Positions 15,427 through 25,807 of a stretch of DNA of 45,086 nucleotides are shown here, piece after piece. The stretch spans positions 1 through 45,086 of the forward strand of contig JBHIAT010000007.1 of NCBI GenBank assembly GCA_046758705.1, read 5' to 3'. The number at the start of each line of letters is the position of its first letter. Positions within the stretch are counted from its first letter, which is position 1. This DNA comes from Candidatus Bipolaricaulia bacterium (GTDB lineage: Bacteria; Bipolaricaulota; Bipolaricaulia; JBHIAT01). The notes beneath the pieces were generated by a model, which had not been told where the DNA came from, did not search any database, and saw nothing but the letters and a program-made list of their open reading frames with translations. The position numbers and the translations under genes are program-made.

Positions 15427-18400
15427 GTGATCAGCGGAGACAACATTAACAGAATCAAGATCGGCCTGGCCTCTCCGAAGGAGATCCGGAGTTGGTCACA
15501 GGGTGAGGTCACCGAAGCGGAGACGATCAACTACCGCACTTACAAGCCCGAGAAGGGTGGGTTGTACGCCGAGGAGATCTTCGGACCAGTGGAGACCTAT
15601 AAGTGCGCGTGCGGGAAGTACGAGGGGAAGAAGTACGAAGGGATCAAATGTGAGAAGTGTGGGGTGCTGGTCACCGATTCTTCGGTGCGCCGCAGCAATA
15701 TGGGCCATATCGAGCTCGCCAGTCCCGTCGTCCACTTCTGGTTCCTAAAGGGCATATCCAGCCCCCTCTCCAGGTTGTTCGGCATGAGGCGAAACGTCCT
15801 GGAGAAGATCGTCTACTATGAGACCGAGATCCTTAGGGCAAAGCAATGGATTGTCACCGCGTCGGGGAGCGACGCGGTCAGGCCGGGGGAGATCCTCTAC
15901 GCGGATGCGGAGGCATCCGAACCCCGGTGGTCGCAAGTTCGGATCCTCTCTTCGCGGTTCGAGTTCGACGCCCAACCGGGTTATGAGATCCAGGGGGAGC
16001 CGATTCAGGCCGAGTCCGACGGGGAGGTGGAACTGGAGGAGGTCCGCCAGAAGAACGGGGAGAGCCTGCTGATTGTCCGGGTCGGTGGGACAGAGTATCC
16101 GGTGACGCCGGATGCCTCGTTGCAGGTCGCGGCCGGTGACCAGGTCACGGTCGGCGATCCGTTGGTCGATGCCCCGGTCGGCGAACGGATCTACTCGGAG
16201 ATGACCTACGACACCCTGAAGCGACGCTACGGTGACGACGCGATCGACGGCCATGAGGCGATCGAAGAGATCGATAGCCTGATCTTCCTGGTGATCCGCG
16301 CTGTCAGCATGTTCCCCCTCAAGGTCGGGGATATGATCTGGGAGCCGGAGAAGGACGCCTATAAGCGCATCTACGGGGAGAAGTTCGAGGCGCACACCGG
16401 GGCCGGAGGGGTGCGGGAACTGCTCAAGAGCCTCAATCTCGATCGGCTCTCGGCCGAGTTGAAGGGGATACTGGATGGAGAGACGAGCAAGAGTCGCAAA
16501 AAGAAGCTGACCCGCCAGCTCGAGGTGGTGGAAGAACTCAGGACCTCGGGCAACCGTCCCCAGGATATCGTCCTTGAGGTCACCCCCGTCCTCCCTCCCG
16601 ACCTGCGCCCCATGATCCAGCTCGACGGGGGGAAGTTCGCTACCACCGATCTTAACGACCTGTATCGTCGGATCATCAACCGCAACAACCGATTGAAGCG
16701 ACTGTTGGAGATGAATGCGCCCGAAGTCATCATCCGCAACGAAAAACGGATGCTTCAGGAGGCGGTCGACGCCCTCACTCACAATGAGAAGCGAGAGACC
16801 CCGGTTCTCGGCCGCAACAACCGCCCGCTCAAATCGCTCTCGGAGACGATCCAAGGCAAGCACGGCCGGCTTCGCAGAAACTTGCTCGGCAAACGGGTCG
16901 ACTATTCAGGACGAGCGGTCATCGTTGTCAACCCGAAACTGAAGCTCCATCAGTGCGGGATCCCCAAGAAGATGGCCCTGGAGCTGTTCAAGCCATTCAT
17001 CATGCATCGTCTTGATGAATACATCTTCTCGGACTTCGACGAGATCAAGAACAAGGCGTCGAAGGGGGAGATGCCGGAGGTCTGGGATATTGTTGAGGAG
17101 TTGATGCAGACCCATCCGGTCCTGCTCAACCGAGCACCGACCCTGCATCGACTAGGGATTGCGGCCTTCGACCCTATCCTGGTGGATGGGGATGCCGTCC
17201 AGATCCATCCGCTCGTCTGCCCGCCCTACAACGCCGACTTCGACGGCGACCAGATGGCTGTCCACCTGCCGCTCTCCGAGCAGGCGATCCAAGAGTGCCG
17301 GGAGATCATGGCCGCCCCACTGAACATCCTCTCCCCTGCCCATGGAGATCCCCTGTCTGTCCCCACTCGGGACCAGATCTTTGCGTTCTACTATCTGACG
17401 ATCGTCAACCCAAACGCGGCCGGGAGCAAAGTGAGGCGCCGCGAGACGCTCGGGCAGGACCCCATCCCGTTCGCCTCGATCGAGGAGGCCAAGCGAGCCA
17501 ATGAGGAAGGGGTGCTGGATCTGCACGCGCCGATCGACATCCGGATCGACGGTGAAGTAATCGAGACGACGTTCGGTCGGGTGAGGTTGAACCAGTTGCT
17601 GCCGGAGGAGCTGCGGGACTATCAAAAGATCTTCTACTCCAAGGATATTAAGAACACCATCATGGAGTGTTACCACCGCTACGGGAACGAACGAACGGTC
17701 CAGTTGCTCGACGATCTCAAGGAGCTGGGGTTCCAGGTGGCGACCCAGTCGGGTCTCACGATCTCGGTGCGGGACCCCCTGATCCCCGTCGAGAAGCAGG
17801 AGATCCTGAACGAGGCTTACGACAGGGTTCGCCACGTCAACGAGATGCACGATCGGGGGCTATCGACAGAACAGGAGCGGTCGGACGCGGTGAAAAACGT
17901 CTGGCGCAAAACTGTCGACCGGATGGAAGCGATCACCATGCGGAACTTAGAGAGACACCCGTTCAACCCCGTCTATAGCATGGTCATCTCCGGTGCCCGC
18001 GGTGGACCCGAGCAGGTGAAACAGCTCGCCGGCATGCGTGGCCCGATGGCCGATCCCTCGGGTGAGATCATCGAGATGCCAGTCACCTCCAACTTCCGCG
18101 AAGGGCTGAGCATCATGGAGTACTTCATCTCCACCCACGGTGGCCGCAAAGGAGCTGCAGACACTGCGCTGAAGACCGCCAACTCCGGGTACCTCACTCG
18201 CCGGTTGGTTGACGCCGTCTCGGAGGTGATCGTCAAAGAAGAGGATTGCCACACCGTCCACGGGATCGAGATCGATCCCCTGCGCTACGACAAGGAAGAG
18301 ATCATGGAGGAGATCGACGAGCGGATCTACGGGCGGCTGGCCGCTGCACCGGTCGTCGATCCAAACACGGGTCAGGTGTTGCTGGAACGCAACCAGATGA

Positions 18401-20409
18401 TCGATCGGAAGGTGGCGGCCGACCTTACGACGTTCACGTTTAGCTGTTTGCCGACGGACAAGGACTTCAAGGAGAAGGTCGTGGGGACCAAGAGCCTGAC
18501 CGATCTGCGCGATGAAACGTCCGGTCGGGTGATCGTCCGTCAGGATGAGCTCATCACCCCCCGGATCGCCGCGGAGTTGATCGAAAGCGGTGTGGAAACC
18601 GTCGAGGCCCGACCGAACATCATCATTCGCTCCCCGATCACCTGTGAAACCGGGCGTGGCGTCTGTCAGTTGTGTTACGGGATGGATGTGAGTAAACATC
18701 AACTCATCCAGCTTGGCGAGGCGGTCGGGATCGTCGCGGCCCAGTCGATTGGTGAGCCCGGAACTCAGCTCACCATGCGGACGTTCCACACCGGCGGGGT
18801 CGCTGGCGAAGATATTACCCAGGGTCTGCCGCGTGCCGAGGAGTTGTTCGAGGCGCGCAAGTCGACCCGCAGCACCCAGGCGGAGATCACTACGATCGAC
18901 GGTCACGTGGTAGAGATCCAGCCGACCGAATACGGCAGGCTCATCCAGATCGAGGGCCGTCAGCGAACCATCCGGCTCCCCGTGGAGCTGTGTGCTGTGA
19001 ACACGGGGGATGAAGTGAACTCCCCTCAGGGAATCATTCGCACCAAGAGCCCGCGCAGTGGTGAGCTGAAGATCGTCGACGGGGATGATGGGGAGCGACG
19101 GGTTTACATCCTGGATCAGACCGAGGATCGTGTCTATCACCTCCCCAAGCCAGCCAGCCCGTCCCTGAAGACCGGAGAACGGGTCGAGACCGGGACCCCG
19201 CTCACCCAGAAATATAACTTGGAACCGGCGATGGCAAAGCGCAGCGGCAAAGTCGTCGAGATCATCGAAAGTAAAGAGCGTGTCATCGTCGTCCAGGATG
19301 AAAAGGGGAACCGGATCAAACACCCCATCCCCTATGGGGCGCGAAAGCAGGTCGAGATCGGCGACGAGGTGACGAAGGGAGACAAGCTCTCCACCCGTTC
19401 CACCCCGGTTGCCATGAAGGCGGAGAACACCGGCATCGCCGTGGTCTACGACGGCAAGATCATCATCTTCAAACCCGAGGCGCGTAAGGAGTTCCAACTC
19501 ACCGAGGGCATCAGATTGCTCAAGCAGGATGGGGAGTGGGTCCACGAAGGTGAGATGCTGTTCACCCTCGACCTCCCTGAGAAGAACCAGATCGTGATCG
19601 ATCGGGTCAGTGAGCGTCCCGATGGGATCGTAGAGATCACCCTCCACTATCGGGGTGAGTTCGCTGTCACCGACGTCTCGGTGGTGCAGGTCGGCGATAA
19701 GGTGAGGGAGGGGGATCTTCTATCGAAAGGGGTCGTCCCGCCTCATAACCTGCTGCGCCTCGCTGGCGTCCAGCGGACGAGAGATTACCTGCTCGAGGAG
19801 ATCCAGAAGGTCTACAAGAACCAAGGGGTCGATATCAACGACAAGCACATCGAGATCGTTATCCGTGAGATGCTCAACAACGTGCGGATCGAAGATCCGG
19901 GGGATTCCCATTTCATCCCCAACGCCCTGGTCGTCCTCGAGGAGTTCAACGAGGTCGTCAAGACACTGTCTAAAGAAAACAATGCGATCCGGCGGGAGCG
20001 GGAGGCGATCGTCGGGTCCATCCTGCTCAAGCCAGTGGTCGACGCTGAAAGCGAGCGGGTGATCGCCGAGGTCGGGGAGGAGCTGACCGACGAGGTGATG
20101 CGTGAGTTGCTAAACGTCGGGGTCAAGCAGGTCAAGGTCTACCATCGGGGTGAGGAACGGACGGTCCCGATCCAAGAGAAACGGCTGCCCACCGGAGAAC
20201 GCAAGCTGTTACGTATCTCAAAATCTGCCCTTGACACCAAGAACTTCCTCGCCGCTGCTTCGTTCCAGCGCACCACCAAGGTGCTGAGTGAGGCGGCGTT
20301 GCGTGGCGCCGTTGACGATCTCCAAGATCTGAAATCGTGTGTTATCGTGAGCAAAAAGATCCCAGCCGGGACCGGTTTCAAGAAAAAGTCGGAAGAGGGT
20401 GAGAGTTAG
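15427..20409 (+). CDS. rpoC: DNA-directed RNA polymerase subunit beta' with two large lineage-specific insertions
   Basis: 1660 aa. GTG start with AGGAGGGAGG SD. Zn-finger CxC...CxxC near the N-terminus, NADFDGD catalytic motif, bridge helix, trigger loop ([26 protein letters not shown]) and the C-terminal conserved block. Extra ~180 aa after region A (nt ~15835-16400) and ~250 aa after the trigger loop (nt ~18860-19740). Confidence 0.97.
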   Translation: MISGDNINRIKIGLASPKEIRSWSQGEVTEAETINYRTYKPEKGGLYAEEIFGPVETYKCACGKYEGKKYEGIKCEKCGVLVTDSSVRRSNMGHIELASPVVHFWFLKGISSPLSRLFGMRRNVLEKIVYYETEILRAKQWIVTASGSDAVRPGEILYADAEASEPRWSQVRILSSRFEFDAQPGYEIQGEPIQAESDGEVELEEVRQKNGESLLIVRVGGTEYPVTPDASLQVAAGDQVTVGDPLVDAPVGERIYSEMTYDTLKRRYGDDAIDGHEAIEEIDSLIFLVIRAVSMFPLKVGDMIWEPEKDAYKRIYGEKFEAHTGAGGVRELLKSLNLDRLSAELKGILDGETSKSRKKKLTRQLEVVEELRTSGNRPQDIVLEVTPVLPPDLRPMIQLDGGKFATTDLNDLYRRIINRNNRLKRLLEMNAPEVIIRNEKRMLQEAVDALTHNEKRETPVLGRNNRPLKSLSETIQGKHGRLRRNLLGKRVDYSGRAVIVVNPKLKLHQCGIPKKMALELFKPFIMHRLDEYIFSDFDEIKNKASKGEMPEVWDIVEELMQTHPVLLNRAPTLHRLGIAAFDPILVDGDAVQIHPLVCPPYNADFDGDQMAVHLPLSEQAIQECREIMAAPLNILSPAHGDPLSVPTRDQIFAFYYLTIVNPNAAGSKVRRRETLGQDPIPFASIEEAKRANEEGVLDLHAPIDIRIDGEVIETTFGRVRLNQLLPEELRDYQKIFYSKDIKNTIMECYHRYGNERTVQLLDDLKELGFQVATQSGLTISVRDPLIPVEKQEILNEAYDRVRHVNEMHDRGLSTEQERSDAVKNVWRKTVDRMEAITMRNLERHPFNPVYSMVISGARGGPEQVKQLAGMRGPMADPSGEIIEMPVTSNFREGLSIMEYFISTHGGRKGAADTALKTANSGYLTRRLVDAVSEVIVKEEDCHTVHGIEIDPLRYDKEEIMEEIDERIYGRLAAAPVVDPNTGQVLLERNQMIDRKVAADLTTFTFSCLPTDKDFKEKVVGTKSLTDLRDETSGRVIVRQDELITPRIAAELIESGVETVEARPNIIIRSPITCETGRGVCQLCYGMDVSKHQLIQLGEAVGIVAAQSIGEPGTQLTMRTFHTGGVAGEDITQGLPRAEELFEARKSTRSTQAEITTIDGHVVEIQPTEYGRLIQIEGRQRTIRLPVELCAVNTGDEVNSPQGIIRTKSPRSGELKIVDGDDGERRVYILDQTEDRVYHLPKPASPSLKTGERVETGTPLTQKYNLEPAMAKRSGKVVEIIESKERVIVVQDEKGNRIKHPIPYGARKQVEIGDEVTKGDKLSTRSTPVAMKAENTGIAVVYDGKIIIFKPEARKEFQLTEGIRLLKQDGEWVHEGEMLFTLDLPEKNQIVIDRVSERPDGIVEITLHYRGEFAVTDVSVVQVGDKVREGDLLSKGVVPPHNLLRLAGVQRTRDYLLEEIQKVYKNQGVDINDKHIEIVIREMLNNVRIEDPGDSHFIPNALVVLEEFNEVVKTLSKENNAIRREREAIVGSILLKPVVDAESERVIAEVGEELTDEVMRELLNVGVKQVKVYHRGEERTVPIQEKRLPTGERKLLRISKSALDTKNFLAAASFQRTTKVLSEAALRGAVDDLQDLKSCVIVSKKIPAGTGFKKKSEEGES

Positions 20410-20452
20410 CCGATAACGAGATCAGAGATGAGAAATTCCTGATCTGTGTCCC

Positions 20453-20481
20453 TTGACAATCGGGGAGGGGTTTCTTATAAT
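20453..20481 (+). promoter_or_regulatory. consensus sigma70 promoter of the str/S10/spc/alpha super-operon (TTGACA, 17-bp spacer, TATAAT)
   Basis: TTGACA at 20453-20458, exactly 17 nt, TATAAT at 20476-20481. Predicted leader ~135 nt to rpsL. A short hairpin (AGATCAG...CTGATCT) lies at 20421-20447 just downstream of rpoC. Confidence 0.6.
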
Positions 20482-20621
20482 ATCTTGGATTCGGGAACTC
20501 GGGAAGCAGATCTGGGTTGTGAGGCTGGCGGTTGAGCAGTAAAGCAAAGTCACACCCTATTCCGAACGCACCTTAAGATCACGAGGTTTGTATTCCATTA
20601 ATTATATTTAGGGAGGTTCTT

Positions 20622-20990
20622 ATGCCAACTATCAATCAACTGGTACGGAAGGGACGGAAGCGGGTGGTTAAGAGGACACGGACGAAGTTGCTGGAGGGCT
20701 CCCCCCAGAAACGGGGGGTTTGCACCCAAGTCTATACCCGGCCCCCGAAGAAACCCAACTCAGCGTTGCGCAAAGTCGCCAAAGTGCGGCTGAGCAATGG
20801 CAAAGAGGTGATCGCCTACATCGGCGGCGAAGGGCATAACCTCCAGGAGCACTCGGTCGTCCTGATCCAAGGGGGGCGACGCAAAGATCTGCCGGGTGTT
20901 AACTACCGGGTGGTCCGGGGGACGCTTGACGCTGAGGGAGTTGAAGGCCGCCGACAAGGGCGATCGCGGTACGGGGCCAGGAAGTCGTGA
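20622..20990 (+). CDS. rpsL: 30S ribosomal protein S12 (uS12)
   Basis: 122 aa. [67 protein letters not shown]. Confidence 0.97.
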   Translation: MPTINQLVRKGRKRVVKRTRTKLLEGSPQKRGVCTQVYTRPPKKPNSALRKVAKVRLSNGKEVIAYIGGEGHNLQEHSVVLIQGGRRKDLPGVNYRVVRGTLDAEGVEGRRQGRSRYGARKS

Positions 20991-21031
20991 ACGGATAACG
21001 GATCAAAGAGACGGGGGGGTATGTATCGATC

Positions 21032-21478
21032 ATGCGGATCGTCGAGCCGGATGTCCGGTATAACAGCATGCTGGTGGCGAAGTTGATCAACTCCGTAATG
21101 CAGGATGGCAAGAAGGCAGCGGCGAGTAAGATCGTCTACCAGGCGTTCGAGATCATCAAGGAACGGACCGGCGAATCGCCTCTGGAGATCTTCAACCAGG
21201 CGGTCTCTAACTGCGCGCCACGGCTCGAGGTGCGCTCCCGCCGCGTCGGGGGGGCGAACTATCAGATCCCCTTCGAGGTGCCCGAGCACCGCCAGAAGAC
21301 GCTGGCACTTCGCTGGATCGTGAATACGGCTCGCGGACGGTCAGAGTATCAGATGGAGGAGCGACTCGCCAACGAGCTGCTGGACGCGAGCAACCGAACC
21401 GGCAGAGCCTACAGTCGGAAGGTCGAATCCCATCGGATGGCCGCGGCAAACAAGGCGTTCGCCCATTATCGTTGGTAG
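21032..21478 (+). CDS. rpsG: 30S ribosomal protein S7 (uS7)
   Basis: 148 aa. [39 protein letters not shown] and other S7 blocks. The N-terminus is a few residues shorter than E. coli; there is an in-frame stop at 20996, so no longer start is possible. Confidence 0.93.
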   Translation: MRIVEPDVRYNSMLVAKLINSVMQDGKKAAASKIVYQAFEIIKERTGESPLEIFNQAVSNCAPRLEVRSRRVGGANYQIPFEVPEHRQKTLALRWIVNTARGRSEYQMEERLANELLDASNRTGRAYSRKVESHRMAAANKAFAHYRW

Positions 21479-21541
21479 GCTGGTAGGGCCGGGACGAAGC
21501 GGGGGAGACCCAGAAGAGCCCAGAACAGAGAGGCAGACGGG

Positions 21542-23659
21542 ATGAGCGAGTACAGACGTTACCAGATCGATCGCGTGAGAAACATCGGGTTGATGGCGCA
21601 CATCGACGCCGGGAAGACGACGACCACCGAGCGGATCCTCTATTACACCGGCAAGACCCACAAGCTGGGTGAAGTCCATGAGGGGTCGACCGAGATGGAC
21701 TGGATGCCCCAGGAACGGGAGCGAGGGATTACGATCACCTCGGCAGCTACCACTTGTTACTGGCGAGACCATCAGATCAACATCATCGATACCCCGGGTC
21801 ACGTCGACTTCACCGCGGAGGTGGAGCGGTCATTGCGCGTCCTCGACGGGGTGATCGCGATCTTCTCCGGAGTCGAGATGGTCGAATCGCAGTCGGAGAA
21901 GGTCTGGCGTCAGGCAGACAAGTACAACGTGCCTCGGATCGCGTTCGTCAACAAGCTTGATCGCATCGGCGCTCAGTTCGAGGGGACGATCGAAATGATG
22001 GCCGAACGCTTGGGCGCGACCCCGATTCCGGTGCAGATCCCTCTGAGGAGCGACGATGAACTCGGCGGGATGATCGATCTCGTCAAGATGAAGCTCATCC
22101 ACTGGGATCCACAGACCAAGGGAAAGCACTATCAACAGATGGAGATTCCGGAAGTCTATCGGGATCGGGCAGTCCGGTTCCGGGAACGGATGCTCGAACG
22201 GTTGGCCGAGATCGACGATGAACTCCTGGCAAACTATATCGAGGAGCGGCCGATCGAAGCGGCAAAGATCCAGCGGGCCATTCGGATCGGTTGCATCGAG
22301 CATGGATACGTCCCGGTTTTCGGCGGATCAGCTCTGAAAAACATCGGCATCCAGCCATTGATCGACGCGATCGTCGATTATCTGCCTGCTCCCACCGACC
22401 TGCCCCCGATCCAGGGGACGGATCCGCAGACGAGCAAGAACGGACAGCGGGATGTTGAGAAGAAAGTACGCCGGGCGGACCCGGACGAACCGTTCGCCGC
22501 GCTCGTCTTCAAGGTGGTGACCGACGAATACACCGGGAGGCTGATCTTCATCCGGATCTACTCCGGACGAATCGAACCGGGGGACTTCGTCCTCAACTCG
22601 ACGACCGGCAAACGGACGCGGATCGCCCGGATCTTTCACATGCATGCCAACAAGCGAACCTCGATCGATTCCGCCTCCGCCGGGGACATCGTCGCGATCA
22701 TCGGCCCGAACGAGGTGACCACCGGTGATACCCTCTGTGATCCCGGTGACTCGATCGTGCTTGAGAAGATCGAGTTTCCCGAACCGGTGATGTCGGTGGC
22801 TATTGAGCCGAAGACCGAGGCTCAGGAGATATTGCTCAGTGAGGCCCTCTACAAGCTGACCCAGGAGGACCCGACCTTCACCGTCGGGGTCGATCCCAAC
22901 ACCAACCAGATGATTATCTCGGGAATGGGCGAGCTCCACCTGGAGGTGCTGATCCGGAGGCTGATCGAGGACTTCGGCGTCTCGGCTAACGTGGGTCGGC
23001 CCGCGGTCGCCTACCGGGAGACGTTGATTGAGCCGGTCGACGTCGAAGAGCGGTTCGTCAAGCAGACCGGAGGGCGGGGCCAGTTCGCCCATATCCAGGT
23101 CCGGTTCGAGCCTCTGGAGCGTGGAGCAGGCTTCCGGTTCGAAAGCCAGATCAAGGGTGGAATCATCCCCAAGGAGTACATCCCGGCCGTCCAACTGGGA
23201 ATCAAAGAGGCGATGTCCAGTGGGTCGCTCGCCGGCTATCCGGTCGTTGACATCGTTGCGATCGTTTACGGTGGTTCGTTCCATCCGGTCGACTCCTCGG
23301 AGTTGGCGTTCAAGATCGCCGGCAGTCGAGCGCTGAGGGCGGTGTTTGAGCAAGGTCCACATAAATATAAATTGCTGGAGCCGATCATGGAGGGTGAGAT
23401 CATCTGCCCCTCCGAATACCTCGGCGAGGTGATCAACGATATCAACGCTCGTCGGGGAGACGTGGTCGAGATCGAGGGCCGGGGGGACACCCAAATCATT
23501 ATGATGCAGGTGCCGCTGGCCGAAACGTTCGGATACGCGACCCAGCTGCGGTCGCTCACTCAGGGGCGGGCCTCCTACATGTTGCGGTTCTTCCGATACG
23601 AACTCGTTCCGGAAACCCTGACGGAGGAGATCCTGATGGCTCGGGTCGGAGGCCGATAA
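21542..23659 (+). CDS. fusA: elongation factor G
   Basis: 705 aa. G-domain motifs ([24 protein letters not shown]) and domains II-V, all co-linear with EF-G. Confidence 0.97.
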   Translation: MSEYRRYQIDRVRNIGLMAHIDAGKTTTTERILYYTGKTHKLGEVHEGSTEMDWMPQERERGITITSAATTCYWRDHQINIIDTPGHVDFTAEVERSLRVLDGVIAIFSGVEMVESQSEKVWRQADKYNVPRIAFVNKLDRIGAQFEGTIEMMAERLGATPIPVQIPLRSDDELGGMIDLVKMKLIHWDPQTKGKHYQQMEIPEVYRDRAVRFRERMLERLAEIDDELLANYIEERPIEAAKIQRAIRIGCIEHGYVPVFGGSALKNIGIQPLIDAIVDYLPAPTDLPPIQGTDPQTSKNGQRDVEKKVRRADPDEPFAALVFKVVTDEYTGRLIFIRIYSGRIEPGDFVLNSTTGKRTRIARIFHMHANKRTSIDSASAGDIVAIIGPNEVTTGDTLCDPGDSIVLEKIEFPEPVMSVAIEPKTEAQEILLSEALYKLTQEDPTFTVGVDPNTNQMIISGMGELHLEVLIRRLIEDFGVSANVGRPAVAYRETLIEPVDVEERFVKQTGGRGQFAHIQVRFEPLERGAGFRFESQIKGGIIPKEYIPAVQLGIKEAMSSGSLAGYPVVDIVAIVYGGSFHPVDSSELAFKIAGSRALRAVFEQGPHKYKLLEPIMEGEIICPSEYLGEVINDINARRGDVVEIEGRGDTQIIMMQVPLAETFGYATQLRSLTQGRASYMLRFFRYELVPETLTEEILMARVGGR

Positions 23660-23702
23660 GGACGCTGGCCTGGATCATGAGCGTGGATCACGGAGGTTAA
23701 AG

Positions 23703-24011
23703 ATGGCACGGGAAAAGATCCGGATTCGGCTGCGGGGATACGACCATGAGCTCGTTGACAGTGCGGTCTCCAAGATCGTGGAGACCGCCAAGCGGACCCG
23801 GGCGAAGATCGCCGGGCCGATCCCGCTTCCAACGGAGCGGCGGCTCTACACGGTCCTGCGGTCCCCCCATGTCAACAAGAACTCCCAGGAGCACTTCGAG
23901 AAACGCATCCACAAAAGGCTTCTGGACATCAAAGAGCCGACTTCGGAGACGATCAACGCCCTGATGGACATCGAACTGCCCACCGGGATCGATATCGATA
24001 TCAAGTTGTAG
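23703..24011 (+). CDS. rpsJ: 30S ribosomal protein S10 (uS10)
   Basis: 102 aa. [64 protein letters not shown]. Lies 43 nt after fusA with no tuf in between. Confidence 0.95.
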   Translation: MAREKIRIRLRGYDHELVDSAVSKIVETAKRTRAKIAGPIPLPTERRLYTVLRSPHVNKNSQEHFEKRIHKRLLDIKEPTSETINALMDIELPTGIDIDIKL

Positions 24012-24017
24012 ATCGTG

Positions 24018-24048
24018 ATCCTCCCAGGAGGCTCGACCTCCAGGAGTT
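24018..24048 (+). promoter_or_regulatory. alternating CCTCC/GGAGG complementary segments in the rpsJ-rplC spacer (candidate attenuator/autoregulatory RNA element)
   Basis: Sequence tCCTCCcaGGAGGctcgaCCTCCagGAGtt. Segments 1-2, 2-3 and 3-4 can pair in mutually exclusive ways. Unusually long 131-nt gap between S10 and L3 genes; a TATAAT-like box follows at ~24063-24070. Confidence 0.3.
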
Positions 24049-24142
24049 CATTCGCTACAATTTATATAATCATAGGTAAGGGAACAGGAGATCAACGCCC
24101 CGGCTGTTCTCCCAAGGCCTGACGAAGGAAGGGCGAGGAACT

Positions 24143-24826
24143 ATGCCACGAGGTATCGGGTTACTGGGCCGGAAGGTCGGTATGACCCAACTCTTCGATG
24201 AAGCGGGGAACGCGCTGCCGGCGACGGTGGTCGTCGCTGAGCCTGCGCTGGTCATCCGGGTAAAGACCGAGGAGACTGACGGCTATAGTGCCGTTGAGCT
24301 TGGTTATGGGGAGGTAAAACCCCATCGGCTTACCCAGCCGGTGCGCGGTCATTTCGAGGCGGCGGGGGTCCCGCCGAGACGACTCCTGCGCGAGTTTCGG
24401 GTGGACGATTCCGCACTTCTCGACGGGTTTCACGTCGGTGACCAGTTGGGGATCGAGATCTTTGCCGTGGGGGAGCGGATCGATGTGAGAGGGATCTCCA
24501 AGGGGAAGGGATTCCAAGGGGTCATGAAACGCTGGGGATTCGCCGGGGGACCGAAGTCCCACGGCTCCCACTTCCATCGCCGTCCCGGTTCGATCGGATC
24601 GATAGCGGGCAGCGGCCGGGTGTTCAAGGGCCGCAAGTTGCCCGGCAGGATGGGTGGTGATCGGGTGACCGTGCGCAACCTGGAGATCCTCAAGGTCGAT
24701 CAGGAACAGAACCTGTTGGTGGTGAAGGGGTCGGTGCCGGGAGCGAAACGGAGCTTGCTCGAGCTGCGCAAACGAGCGGGAACCCCGGTGAACCCAGTGA
24801 AACAGACGGAAGGATCCAAAGAATGA
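24143..24826 (+). CDS. rplC: 50S ribosomal protein L3 (uL3)
   Basis: 227 aa. GLLGRKVGMTQLF, SKGKGFQGVMKRWGF.GGP.SHG....R.PGSIG, GDRVTVRNLEILKVD.E.NLL.VKG.VPG. Confidence 0.95.
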   Translation: MPRGIGLLGRKVGMTQLFDEAGNALPATVVVAEPALVIRVKTEETDGYSAVELGYGEVKPHRLTQPVRGHFEAAGVPPRRLLREFRVDDSALLDGFHVGDQLGIEIFAVGERIDVRGISKGKGFQGVMKRWGFAGGPKSHGSHFHRRPGSIGSIAGSGRVFKGRKLPGRMGGDRVTVRNLEILKVDQEQNLLVVKGSVPGAKRSLLELRKRAGTPVNPVKQTEGSKE

Positions 24827-25491
24827 AGGTGAAACGCCACCACTTTGACGGGAGTGCCGCCGATCAGATCGAGTTAAACGAACAGGTGTTCACGGAACCG
24901 GTCCACCGGGATCTCCTCTACCGGGCGGTTCAGATGCAACGGACCAACCGGCGCCAGGGAACCGCCTCCACCAAGACACAAGGGGAGGTCGCCGGTGTCG
25001 ATAAGAAGCCGTGGCGTCAGAAACACATCGGGCGCGCGCGACACGGCTCGACCAAATCGAACATCTGGGCCGGTGGCGGGGTGGTCTTTGGCCCCAAGCC
25101 CCGGCGTTACCGCTATAAGCTTCCGAAGCGGATGCGGCGTAAGGCGTTGCGCGTCGCGCTGAGCATCAAGCATCGGGAGGATCGGCTGATGGTCATCGAC
25201 CGGATCGCGTTCGAACATCCCCGGACCAAAGCAGGGATCGAGCTCCTGGAACGATTTAACTTTCCCGACAAGGTGCTGGTCATCGTCTCATCAGAGGAGG
25301 ATCACCCGGCGATCCGGAAGAGCTTCAGCAACATCCCGAGGGCGAAGTGCCTGCCCGCCCGTGGGGCCAACGTCTACGATCTGCTGAAGTATGAGGACCT
25401 GCTCGTCACCGAACCGGCGTTGCGGCAGCTGGAGGTGCGAGCCTGCGATAGGGATAGGGGACAGCCGGCAGAGGTTGAGGAGGTGGAGTAA
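24823..25491 (+). CDS. rplD: 50S ribosomal protein L4 (uL4)
   Basis: 222 aa. 4-nt overlap with rplC. KPWRQKHIGRARHGS....W.GGGVVFGPKPR.Y.YKLPKRMRR.AL core. Confidence 0.93.
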   Translation: MKVKRHHFDGSAADQIELNEQVFTEPVHRDLLYRAVQMQRTNRRQGTASTKTQGEVAGVDKKPWRQKHIGRARHGSTKSNIWAGGGVVFGPKPRRYRYKLPKRMRRKALRVALSIKHREDRLMVIDRIAFEHPRTKAGIELLERFNFPDKVLVIVSSEEDHPAIRKSFSNIPRAKCLPARGANVYDLLKYEDLLVTEPALRQLEVRACDRDRGQPAEVEEVE

Positions 25492-25492
25492 C

Positions 25493-25786
25493 ATGGCAGG
25501 CCCCGAGCATCTAGAGGACATCCTGATCGAGCCGATCATCAGTGAGGAGAGTTGGCGATTGCAGGACGAGAACAAGTATGCGTTCCGGGTCCACCCCCGG
25601 GCAAACAAGCCGGAGATCCGTAAGGCGGTTCAGGAGATATTCGGTGTCAAAGTGGTCGGGGTCTGGACGATGCGTTACCGGGGGAAACCGAGGCGGCAAC
25701 GGTTCTACGAACGTGGCAGGACCTCTGGCTGGAAGAAGGCGATCGTTCAACTTGCCGACGGGGATCGGATCGAGATCTATCAGTAA
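25493..25786 (+). CDS. rplW: 50S ribosomal protein L23 (uL23)
   Basis: ORF 25391..25786 trimmed to ATG 25493, immediately after the rplD stop. The resulting 97 aa are co-linear with L23 (IL.EPIISEES.....NKYAF.V...ANK.EI..AV...F.V.V.....M...GK). Confidence 0.9.
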   Translation: MAGPEHLEDILIEPIISEESWRLQDENKYAFRVHPRANKPEIRKAVQEIFGVKVVGVWTMRYRGKPRRQRFYERGRTSGWKKAIVQLADGDRIEIYQ

Positions 25787-25807
25787 GCCAGCTGTTAGGG
25801 AGGGGCG

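Noticed and set aside
15745-16863. 372-aa minus-strand ORF, and 17947..19647 (566 aa) and 17152..17850 (232 aa), all inside rpoC
   Set aside because: They are antisense to an unambiguous beta' reading frame. GC-rich genomes generate long stop-free antisense frames; the translations are low-complexity Arg/Asp/Leu/Gly-rich with no recognisable domain and no RBS.
20410-20621. tRNA or other small RNA gene between rpoC and rpsL
   Set aside because: No cloverleaf-compatible segments and no GTTCGAAT-type T-loop. The region is better explained as terminator hairpin, consensus promoter and structured mRNA leader.
22328-23494. 388-aa minus-strand ORF inside fusA; similar antisense ORFs at 7054..7971 (lpxC), 5920..6642 (rodZ-like), 26129..26878 (rplB/rpsS), 30628..31659 (rpsH/rplF), 32251..33171 (rpsE/rplO/secY), 35880..36704 (rpsM/rpsK) and 37262..38242 (rpoA)
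   Set aside because: All lie opposite strongly supported conserved genes and show no family resemblance. Treated as spurious GC-driven ORFs.
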